Made by a program: the position numbers and the translations under genes. 57,153 nt of DNA, taken from positions 69,748 through 126,900 of the forward strand of contig JAFGRN010000002.1 of the NCBI GenBank assembly GCA_016935115.1, written 5' to 3'. Numbering within the stretch: the first letter of the stretch is position 1; each line of letters begins with the position of its first letter. Under the pieces are notes generated by a model. That model made no database searches. It was given only the letters and a program-made list of their open reading frames with translations, and was not told where the DNA came from. The DNA is from Candidatus Omnitrophota bacterium (lineage in GTDB: Bacteria > Omnitrophota > Gorgyraeia > 2-01-FULL-45-10). Positions 37,752 to 46,089 of the stretch are shown here, piece after piece.

Positions 37752-39140
37752 TCAGCTCTTCTTTTTGTATGAATATGCCCCGAACAGGAGATTATGCCCT
37801 ATCTTGAATTCATTTATCAAGACGGAAAGAGACCTTATCTTCGAGAGCCTGTTCATTATATATGAAGGCCTTACATAAAATCTGCGCGTTGCAAGCGATG
37901 CCAGCTTTATCGCCTTTTCTCTCGGCATGAAACCCATGGCATCACTGTTATAGCCTATGTCCGGATCCTCTTTAGTGCGAAGCCCTTCCCCGTCCGGCGA
38001 GCGCAGGGCGCTTCCCATCCTCGGGACGGCTATGTTAAATGACGCGTAATCGAGCGGCAGGGTTCTTGCGAATTCTATAGTTTTCATGACCTCTTTCTCC
38101 CCTTCGCCCGGAAGCCCTATAATAAAAGTCCCGACGGTGCTTATATTCATGCCGGAACATAATTTCAATGTCCGGATAACGATATCGTCTTTTATACCCT
38201 TGCCGTATTTATGCCTCAATTCATAATCCCCGGACTCTATCCCGAAGATGACTGTGTGGCACCCTGATTCTTTCATTGCCGCGAGTAATTTTTCGGAAAC
38301 AATATCCATCCTCGTGAAACATGACCATGTCAGCCGCTTCTTTTTCAGATGATCCATTATAAGCATGGTCCTCTCTTTATCCACACCGAATGTCTGGTCC
38401 CTGAAATGTATCTCCCTGGCTCCCAGGCCGTATAACAGATCTATCTCATCTATCACCTCATCCGATTCTCTCACCCTCCAGCCGAGCGTGCCTATCGAAC
38501 AGTAAGAACATTTGAACGGGCATCCGTAATCCGTCAATATTGTCCCGACGGGCGCATTGAGGGCAAATGGAAATTTATAAGCCTTGAGCCGGAAAATTTC
38601 CCACTTCGGCACGCCTATCCTGATATTGCCGGATTCTTTCTTCAGTTCCCCGCAGGCGGATTCCGCTCCGGAACGGAATACCCATTCCGGCGGATACTGC
38701 CCAGCGGGCCGGCCGTTCCTCAATATGCCCATAATATCCGTGCAAGCGAAAGACCTCAGGACGGCGTCAATATGCGGTGATTTTGAAAATATTATCCCGG
38801 GCGCGACCCGGCATATATCCCCCATGGCTATTATCACGGCATTAGTACGCTCCTTCATCTTTTTGATAAGGGCGAGGTCTTCTTCGAGAGAAAGCCCTGA
38901 TACAAGACAGAAGATGTGGGTCGGAGCAAACTCAGCTGCCTCATCCAGAAGTTTCTCAGGCGAAAGGCCTTCCGCTATCGCGTCGAAAACCTTAACCGGA
39001 CCCTCAAGCGACGCGCTGAGCCAGACAAAGTCTATCGGCGGATAATGGTAATTTGCTTTGGCTATCAGGGAGGTATAGTAGTCGCGTATGTATTCGTATG
39101 TGCCGGGAGGATTAACCAGTGCAATCTTCGTATTATTCAT
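37752..39140 (-). CDS. B12-binding-like-domain radical SAM protein (divergent N-terminus)
   Basis: DYGCPFKCSYC, GIESGD, GLPGE. N-terminal LVNPP..PPIDF instead of PLGL. Confidence 0.85.
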   Translation of the reverse strand: MNNTKIALVNPPGTYEYIRDYYTSLIAKANYHYPPIDFVWLSASLEGPVKVFDAIAEGLSPEKLLDEAAEFAPTHIFCLVSGLSLEEDLALIKKMKERTNAVIIAMGDICRVAPGIIFSKSPHIDAVLRSFACTDIMGILRNGRPAGQYPPEWVFRSGAESACGELKKESGNIRIGVPKWEIFRLKAYKFPFALNAPVGTILTDYGCPFKCSYCSIGTLGWRVRESDEVIDEIDLLYGLGAREIHFRDQTFGVDKERTMLIMDHLKKKRLTWSCFTRMDIVSEKLLAAMKESGCHTVIFGIESGDYELRHKYGKGIKDDIVIRTLKLCSGMNISTVGTFIIGLPGEGEKEVMKTIEFARTLPLDYASFNIAVPRMGSALRSPDGEGLRTKEDPDIGYNSDAMGFMPREKAIKLASLATRRFYVRPSYIMNRLSKIRSLSVLINEFKIGHNLLFGAYSYKKKS

Positions 39141-39429
39141 AAGTTCCCGCTACCAGTAATACTCTGATCAAAATAATCAAAATCGTGACCAACCCAATCC
39201 TTATGAGCAGTGGATCCTTTAAAAACAGTAATATAGGAACTACTATCAATCCGGCAACAAACGTAACTTTAATGACAAAAAAAGCCTGCGACGCAAGCAT
39301 CAACCATCTTGAATCCAAAGGAATAAAAGATTCGATGACACTACTGACCCAAAGCACGAAGATAACGATAGAAAAATAAGCGAATATGTCCCTGAGAAAT
39401 CTATCTGTCTTTGCGGTTTTTATGCCCAT
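39133..39429 (-). CDS. Small hypothetical membrane protein (about 3 TM)
   Basis: 98 aa, almost wholly hydrophobic, fills the gap exactly between neighbouring genes. Confidence 0.6.
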   Translation of the reverse strand: MGIKTAKTDRFLRDIFAYFSIVIFVLWVSSVIESFIPLDSRWLMLASQAFFVIKVTFVAGLIVVPILLFLKDPLLIRIGLVTILIILIRVLLVAGTYE

Positions 39430-39433
39430 ATCA

Positions 39434-40255
39434 TTACCGGCGTAAACTTTTAAAAAACATAAATTCTGCTGTATCCCGCGGCCTGTCTAGCTGAGAATTA
39501 ACAGCCAGCCTGGCCTTTTCATCCTGTTTTGTTTTCAGATAAACATTTACGAGGTCATAATAAGCTATCCCATTATTTTCTGGCCGGAACTTCAAGGCCA
39601 ATCCCAGATATTGCTCCGCTTCTCTATATTCATGGCTCAACAGCAAAAATCTACCTCTGAGATAGGGATAATAATAAAGAAAAGGGTGATGGTATTCAAT
39701 CCAGGGATTTGAATGTAAATATTTTCTAAATCGATTAAACAATTCATCAATATCCTCGAAGCGACGGAAAGAAAGTCTATACTCCAAAGCAACCACATAC
39801 TCTTGCAGAGATTCTGGATGGTCTACTCCTTCCATGTACTCTGAAAGAATATTACGCATTTCCGATTCCGGAATGTTCAATCTCTCCCCCAATCGAAATA
39901 TAAGGGATAATGAGTCAATTGCGTGTAAATACCGCCAACAACGCAAAGGATTAACGTTTACATTTAAAGGAAATTTCTTAATCACTATATTGTCATTATA
40001 TCTTGCTTCACTTTCAAGAAGACGGATCAACATATTAATGGCATCTTTATACCGAGCCGAGGCTATATGCATGGCCGCGAGTTTATCGTAACTGTTTTGC
40101 GCAGGAATTTCCTGCGGCTTCGGTCGTCCTGTATCCATAATTTGTTTTTTATCATAACCGGGAAACTCGATAAAAAATAATTTGAAATTTTGGAAAATAA
40201 GCACAGTCCATCCTATGAGTATATATATTGCAAGTATGGGCACGAGTTTTTTCAT
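39434..40255 (-). CDS. Membrane-anchored TPR-like protein
   Basis: N-terminal hydrophobic helix; TPR-like segments (LRGRFLLLSHEYREAEQYLGLALKFRPEN; AYYDLVNVY). Confidence 0.65.
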   Translation of the reverse strand: MKKLVPILAIYILIGWTVLIFQNFKLFFIEFPGYDKKQIMDTGRPKPQEIPAQNSYDKLAAMHIASARYKDAINMLIRLLESEARYNDNIVIKKFPLNVNVNPLRCWRYLHAIDSLSLIFRLGERLNIPESEMRNILSEYMEGVDHPESLQEYVVALEYRLSFRRFEDIDELFNRFRKYLHSNPWIEYHHPFLYYYPYLRGRFLLLSHEYREAEQYLGLALKFRPENNGIAYYDLVNVYLKTKQDEKARLAVNSQLDRPRDTAEFMFFKSLRR

Positions 40256-41583
40256 TCTACCCTTTTGTTTCTAACTAGATATTTCAAAGCCAACCCATAA
40301 GTGGAGAAATAAAGCAACCAAACTCCTATAAAAATACCGCCATGCTTATTAAAATTTAAATACATATCGGCATATGCTATATGGTCATTGAAAAAATGGC
40401 TGACAAGCCTGAAAATCCTGAAAAATATACTTAGCAATGAAAATCCGTGCATAAAAACGTAAGAAAATATAAACGTAACACCAAATATTTTATCCCTATA
40501 TATCATTAGCATCCAGATATTAAAAATGATAGCCGGTAAAAGAAGAATATACCAGTACATCTCGGTTGTATGAGGCGAAACGTGAAACATTGCCAGGGAA
40601 ACCGCTGCAAGGCCAAAGAGATATCTATTCTTTTTCGTGTTTATTCTGAGCTCGATTGCCATGAAGAATAGGGCCAAAAAAAGACAAGCAGCATAATGTA
40701 TTTTAATAAGCACATCTGCGCCAAAGGAACGATGGAATACAAAGTGAATGAATGCGTTCAGTCCGGCATCCCTGGTATCATGACCATAGGCGGCATTTCT
40801 CCCAATCGACGTGATTATAGAATTAAGCAGTTCCGGATTTAGATTTTCCCTCCATAATATTACGGCACTAAGAATAAGACCTGTTATGATGGCGGCCATA
40901 ACAAGCTTAAATTGCTTTTTATACGCAAAATAAAAAAGAAAGATTACAGGCAGTACTTTTATCGTTGAGACGAATCCGAGCACAATACCCGCAGATATCG
41001 GTTTCCCCTTCAAAAACAGGTAGAATCCGAAGACAATTCCCAAAATCTCGATAAATTCAGCCGGAAAACCCTGCAATACCCCATCATAAAAAGGTGCCCA
41101 ATTAAAAATAACAACAATCAACAGTGTGGCAAATAATCCCCTGCGATCGTATAAATCGAACATGCCAAGCGATAACAATATAATGCAAATCACGCTTATA
41201 TACGTAAAAATGATAAGCGTAAAACCCAGGAAGTTTGTCATGCATAAGGGATGAAAGACGGAATAATAAAACGTCATTGATACATATGGATGATTTAAAA
41301 GTGAGCAGGATACTGTTCTCAGTGGACCGGGAAGAAAATAACCGTTAATACCACTGAAAATGTTTCTGATTCCGTCGCCCGATATAGGCATAACAAAAAG
41401 CGGTAAAAACCAGCCAGAGTATACAGAGCGGACTAGAGTAGCCATTGAAAGCAAAATCACCGAAAAAATACCTAATTTTCTGATTAGAACATTCGATTCT
41501 GTGGTCTTATCAATATATCTCACGCTCATGCCTTTACTGCGATCCTGTTTAAAATCGTTATTTACCGTTTTTTGTCGCAACAA
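40252..41583 (-). CDS. GT87 (DUF2029)-like GT-C membrane glycosyltransferase
   Basis: Multi-TM; AGIVLGFVSTIKVLP, VSPHTTEMYW-type motifs. Start may be at 41529. Confidence 0.72.
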   Translation of the reverse strand: MLRQKTVNNDFKQDRSKGMSVRYIDKTTESNVLIRKLGIFSVILLSMATLVRSVYSGWFLPLFVMPISGDGIRNIFSGINGYFLPGPLRTVSCSLLNHPYVSMTFYYSVFHPLCMTNFLGFTLIIFTYISVICIILLSLGMFDLYDRRGLFATLLIVVIFNWAPFYDGVLQGFPAEFIEILGIVFGFYLFLKGKPISAGIVLGFVSTIKVLPVIFLFYFAYKKQFKLVMAAIITGLILSAVILWRENLNPELLNSIITSIGRNAAYGHDTRDAGLNAFIHFVFHRSFGADVLIKIHYAACLFLALFFMAIELRINTKKNRYLFGLAAVSLAMFHVSPHTTEMYWYILLLPAIIFNIWMLMIYRDKIFGVTFIFSYVFMHGFSLLSIFFRIFRLVSHFFNDHIAYADMYLNFNKHGGIFIGVWLLYFSTYGLALKYLVRNKRVE

Positions 41584-42679
41584 GCGACCAAAGAGTTTTA
41601 TGCGTATTTACAAGTCGCTCAATATTAAGGTCATTCTGCTTTACCAAGCGCTTTATCTCCTGCTCGGTAAAATGATGTGATATCGGCGCGTGTATCAGAT
41701 CAAAACAGGAGAGCCAGAGAATTTTAAAAGTGTTATGTGACCAGAACATCATATGTTCAAATAGTGGAAGTCTTTGGGCGGTTTTTTTTGAAACGCGGCA
41801 CAGAGGTAAATAAAAGAGATGAATCAATAAATAAATGGCGGCGGCGGGCAATAAAGAGATAATTCTTTGAACAGACAACGGGACTTTATGTAGAAAATAT
41901 TTTAAGGGCTCTATAATCTTGGTCATAATAAAATTATTTTCACGGCTATACACACAGATACCGACGATCCCTCCCGATTTTGTGACCCTGACCAATTGCG
42001 AAAAACCCAGCTTATGGTCCAGAATGTGTTGAAGCGCATGATCGCATATCGCTATATCCGCCATTTCGTTTTTTAAAGGACTGCGGCAGATGTCGCATCT
42101 CAACAACAGCATATTCTGCCGCCATTCGGGTATTAGTTTTGGGATGGAGTAAATTTCCGCACCGATCTCATTTATGATAATTTTCGATGGTCCGACTTTC
42201 GCTATGTGAAAAACCTCCCTACCCCTGCCTCCACAGGCTACATAAACTACCTTTCCCTCAACTTTTTTATTCGTGATAGGGATAAATCTCCAAAAAACGG
42301 CACTTCCGAACAAGTCTTCGGGATCTCGATTAAAATCGTCGGAATCAAAAGTTGATACATGCTCCCACTGATATTCCCAATTCTTGCTTACGAGAAGTTG
42401 TTTTTTCTGCCCGCATTCAAGGTTTTCCGCTTTACCGCAAAAATCTGTCTTTATGCCCATTTTTTCCATGCAAAACTTTTCTCGCTTACTCAAGTAATAC
42501 GGAAGAACATTTTTACGAAAAAATACCCCAACACTGTCAATAACCGGATATTCCCTGCCGCATCTTCCACACCTTAAAATACCGTAATTTATCATATTGT
42601 TTTCGAACTCACAAAATACCGCGGCTAAATCACCGCGACACTCAATACATTCTAAAAGTCCTATATCATCTACGAGCAT
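41558..42679 (-). CDS. Methyltransferase-like protein with Trm112-like N-terminal Zn-ribbon
   Basis: CIECRG..CGRCGREYPV, DHALQH, RVTKSGG. SAM motif I is degenerate (VVYVACGGRG). Confidence 0.75.
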   Translation of the reverse strand: MLVDDIGLLECIECRGDLAAVFCEFENNMINYGILRCGRCGREYPVIDSVGVFFRKNVLPYYLSKREKFCMEKMGIKTDFCGKAENLECGQKKQLLVSKNWEYQWEHVSTFDSDDFNRDPEDLFGSAVFWRFIPITNKKVEGKVVYVACGGRGREVFHIAKVGPSKIIINEIGAEIYSIPKLIPEWRQNMLLLRCDICRSPLKNEMADIAICDHALQHILDHKLGFSQLVRVTKSGGIVGICVYSRENNFIMTKIIEPLKYFLHKVPLSVQRIISLLPAAAIYLLIHLFYLPLCRVSKKTAQRLPLFEHMMFWSHNTFKILWLSCFDLIHAPISHHFTEQEIKRLVKQNDLNIERLVNTHKTLWSLVATKNGK

Positions 42680-43560
42680 CTTAACGCCGCCCCCTTTACT
42701 CCTGGAACTATATAGTACTCCCCTATCTTTCCACCTCTGATCATCCTATTAAACAAATAAGCCAATTCTATCAAACAACGTAATAACACATTCTTTGTGA
42801 AGCGTGAGGCTGGAGTATCGCTAAAACCATATGAAACAACTTGCCATCCGTTTTTGTCCAGAAGATTGCTTATGCCAGTCCTAGAAAAATTCCAGGCATG
42901 ATGGGGAAATCCAAAACATAACTTAAGCATCCTTTTGCCCATCGACGGGAATAAACAGGTAATAAAATAAGCCGCAATGTTGAAGATATCATAGTTATTG
43001 TTGACTCTCAGGTAAATAATGCCGTCATTTTTCAGATAGGCCCTTAACCTGTTCAATAATTTAAATCCGTCGGCTAAATGCTCAAAGCTATCCCAAAAAG
43101 TAATAACATCAAAAGGCTGACCAAATGCGCTGATTTTTTCCACAGGACTGAAGATAATCCTGCTCTGAAGTCCTGGCGGAATAATCTCTCTCATCGTATC
43201 ATCTGCCTCTATGCCTGTAACATCATGACCAAGCTTAAGGCATTCCTGTAAAAATACCCCGTTTCCGCAACCTATATCTAAAATTCTCAGGGAACCGCCA
43301 GGTTTGATCGTTTCCAAAAATCTAAAAAATGATCTATACGGCGGGTAACATCCTGAGGATGTGATGCTACCGGAACTCATGTAATAGTTGGTTATACTAT
43401 TGCTAAGTCCTTCCCTGGAATCAATAAGGCTGGTGTTTTTTTCAACTCGACCGGTATATCTAGCCCATTGGAGCCCACAATTTCTGCATATCAATATAGA
43501 TCCTTCCTCGTAGCTATATTCATCGATCTTATTTTTGTCACAGCTCGGACATGGCTTCAT
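42670..43560 (-). CDS. Class I SAM-dependent methyltransferase with N-terminal Zn-ribbon
   Basis: CPSC..CRNC, ILDIGCGNG, FDVITFWDSFEH. Start MKPCP at 43560 with GGGAGG (track 43599). Confidence 0.85.
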   Translation of the reverse strand: MKPCPSCDKNKIDEYSYEEGSILICRNCGLQWARYTGRVEKNTSLIDSREGLSNSITNYYMSSGSITSSGCYPPYRSFFRFLETIKPGGSLRILDIGCGNGVFLQECLKLGHDVTGIEADDTMREIIPPGLQSRIIFSPVEKISAFGQPFDVITFWDSFEHLADGFKLLNRLRAYLKNDGIIYLRVNNNYDIFNIAAYFITCLFPSMGKRMLKLCFGFPHHAWNFSRTGISNLLDKNGWQVVSYGFSDTPASRFTKNVLLRCLIELAYLFNRMIRGGKIGEYYIVPGVKGAALRCS

Positions 43561-43582
43561 AGCAACCTCCCAATCTATGCTG

Positions 43583-45040
43583 TCAGAAAAAGGAATCAAA
43601 AAAAGCCTTTAGGATTGTCATAAAATCGGAAAGGCGAATTCGTTTCAACTGTCTCCAGAAAGCGCCTGGACGAAAATAAAAACTTCTAAGAGCTCTTTTC
43701 TGCGTCTCTTTCAAGCCGGCACCGGTTTGTTCAGGAGTTACCCAGATAGGCTCATTTTTAGTATATGAAACATAAGCGGAATACCTTAACCATACGGACG
43801 TGTCTATAGAACCATCCGTCCTGATGCCTGTATCAATTTTTCCTTTATTCTTTAAATCCTCAAATATGTAAGATCCCGGATAAGGAGTTAATATGGAAAA
43901 CTGCGCCATGTCCAGGGGTAACTTCTTGGCAAACCGGATGGTCTGCATCGAATCCACTGGAGATTCACCAGGCAAGCCTAAAATGAATAGCCCACCGACA
44001 TTGATCTTTGTATATTTCTTAACCGTTCTTATCGCGGATTCCGCTTTATCCAGCGATATACCTTTACATACGCCATCAAGCAGTTTTTGGACACCTGATT
44101 CAAGTCCAAAATTCATATCAACACAACCCGCCGACTCCATAGCGGTCACCAGTTCTTCATCAATAAAACGGATATGCGCCTCACATCCCCATTTAAAATT
44201 CAGCTTTCTACTTTTTATTTCGTCACAGATTTCAAGAATGCGCTTCTTGTTGCTTATAAATAAGGAATCCATAAAAAATATATAGCCGGCATTATATCTA
44301 CCGGCTAGGAGCTCCATCTCATTCACAGCCCTGGTAACGGGATTGAACCTTTGCCGTTTGTTATCGTGAACGACACAAAACGTGCATCTGTTGGGGCAGC
44401 CACGCGAGGTACACATATGTTTACTGACTTTTCCGTGGGGTGTCCTATATAACTTAAAATTGCTGACGGCTCCGATATCATATAGATGCTGGGGCACCAG
44501 GTCCCTGGCCGGTAACGGCAATCTCGACAGATCCTCGACTACAGCCGGCGGCGTTGTCGTTAAAAAATTTCCGTTATCGAGAAAAGAGATAGAGGGAACA
44601 TCATGTAATTTATGCCTTTTAGCAATAGAATCCAATAGTGCTAAGAAGGGGTACTCTCCTTCGCCATGGACCACGACGTCACAGCATCGGTTCCTGAGAT
44701 ACTGCTCTGCGTATACGCTCGCATGTATGTTCCCAAATATGATCGGAACATCTGGCATTTTAGTCTTGAGCTCTTTGCCAAGATTGTATAAAAAACCGCC
44801 GTTCGAGGTAAAAGAGGTAAATCCGATAACATCCGGATTTATTTGGCTTATGCGCCTTTTAAGTCCTTCGGCTGATAAACGTTCCGCGTAGGCATCTATG
44901 ACCGATACTTCATACCCCGCATTTCTGGCCACAGCTGCGACATAGAGCAGGCCAAGCGGTTCAAGATTGGAAATAAACGCCGCGCCACCACCTATAATGG
45001 CCGTTAAATCATCCGGAGGATTGATTAAAAGTACCTTCAT
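43583..45040 (-). CDS. B12-binding-domain radical SAM protein
   Basis: LINPP, EPLGLLYVAAV, GNIHAS, HGEGE; SRGCPNRCTFC, GLESG. Confidence 0.92.
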   Translation of the reverse strand: MKVLLINPPDDLTAIIGGGAAFISNLEPLGLLYVAAVARNAGYEVSVIDAYAERLSAEGLKRRISQINPDVIGFTSFTSNGGFLYNLGKELKTKMPDVPIIFGNIHASVYAEQYLRNRCCDVVVHGEGEYPFLALLDSIAKRHKLHDVPSISFLDNGNFLTTTPPAVVEDLSRLPLPARDLVPQHLYDIGAVSNFKLYRTPHGKVSKHMCTSRGCPNRCTFCVVHDNKRQRFNPVTRAVNEMELLAGRYNAGYIFFMDSLFISNKKRILEICDEIKSRKLNFKWGCEAHIRFIDEELVTAMESAGCVDMNFGLESGVQKLLDGVCKGISLDKAESAIRTVKKYTKINVGGLFILGLPGESPVDSMQTIRFAKKLPLDMAQFSILTPYPGSYIFEDLKNKGKIDTGIRTDGSIDTSVWLRYSAYVSYTKNEPIWVTPEQTGAGLKETQKRALRSFYFRPGAFWRQLKRIRLSDFMTILKAFFDSFF

Positions 45041-45049
45041 TTCGGTAAT

Positions 45050-46039
45050 TTAATTAAGTACCATGTCTATAATATATGTCTTTTTCTGCTGAATTTCATA
45101 ATAGGACCTTTTATCCATTTCGGCCAGGAGGCCTATTAAAATGGTTTGCGTGCCGAGTAATATTAACAGCATGGTCAATAACATAAGGGGGAGCAGATTT
45201 ATGCCCGGCAAACCTACTATATAACGTTCGTACAACGAAAACAGCCCGACCGCCGTTCCCAGCCCGATACTTGCTATGCCGAAACCTCCGAAGAAATGTA
45301 TCGGTTTTACAGAATAGTCGGACATGAACTTTATCACAAATAAATCTAAAATAACGCTCGGAACTCTTTTTATGCCATATTTGGATCTTCCTTTTCTTCT
45401 GGGATGGTGTTTTACGGATAATTCCGTAACCCTACCGCCTTCCATAGCGACAAGCGCAGGTATGAAACGATGCATTTCACCGTAGAGATGGATGGATTTT
45501 ATGAGTTTTGTTCTGTAGACTTTTAAAGTACAGCCATAATCATGCAGATGGACCTTTGAAAACCACGAAATCATCTTATTAGCGATATAAGACGGGATCT
45601 TTCTCATGATAAATGAATCTTTGCGATAACGTCGCCAGCCGCACACCAGGTCAAAACCCTCCTCCAGCTTCGCTGTCAAAGCCGGTATATCGCTGGCATC
45701 ATTCTGCATATCACCATCCATGGTCGCTAAAACATGCTTCGTGGCCGATTGTATTCCAGCCATCATGGCCACTGTCTGTCCGAAATTCTTGCTAAATTTT
45801 ATAACCCTCACCTTCTTATCATCACGGCTCAGTCTTTCCAGATACTCAAAACTGCCATCCGTACTGCCATCATCGACAAATATTATTTCGTACTCATCAT
45901 AAGATCTGTCCAGAACGTCTCTTATATGCCTGTAAAGCACATCTAGATTTTCTCTCTCGTTGAATATGGGTATCACCAGTGAAATATCCCTGGCGGGCAC
46001 GCTCTTGATTTCCCCGTTATCGCGTATATCAATAACCAT
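45050..46039 (-). CDS. GT2 glycosyltransferase, ArnC-like polyprenyl-phosphate glycosyltransferase
   Basis: SLVIPIFNE, VDDGSTD, KNFGQT, MDGDMQND, HDYGCTLK, YGEMHRFIP; two C-terminal TM helices. Confidence 0.9.
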   Translation of the reverse strand: MVIDIRDNGEIKSVPARDISLVIPIFNERENLDVLYRHIRDVLDRSYDEYEIIFVDDGSTDGSFEYLERLSRDDKKVRVIKFSKNFGQTVAMMAGIQSATKHVLATMDGDMQNDASDIPALTAKLEEGFDLVCGWRRYRKDSFIMRKIPSYIANKMISWFSKVHLHDYGCTLKVYRTKLIKSIHLYGEMHRFIPALVAMEGGRVTELSVKHHPRRKGRSKYGIKRVPSVILDLFVIKFMSDYSVKPIHFFGGFGIASIGLGTAVGLFSLYERYIVGLPGINLLPLMLLTMLLILLGTQTILIGLLAEMDKRSYYEIQQKKTYIIDMVLN

Positions 46040-46089
46040 GGCTAATCTCTCCCTTATTCTTTTTTATTTGGGCTAATTTTTTGGATATA

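Noticed and set aside
45432-45439. ops-like GGCGGTAG on the minus strand
   Set aside because: Inside the GT2 coding region (codons for G-G-R), lacks the following nnTG and is not in a leader.
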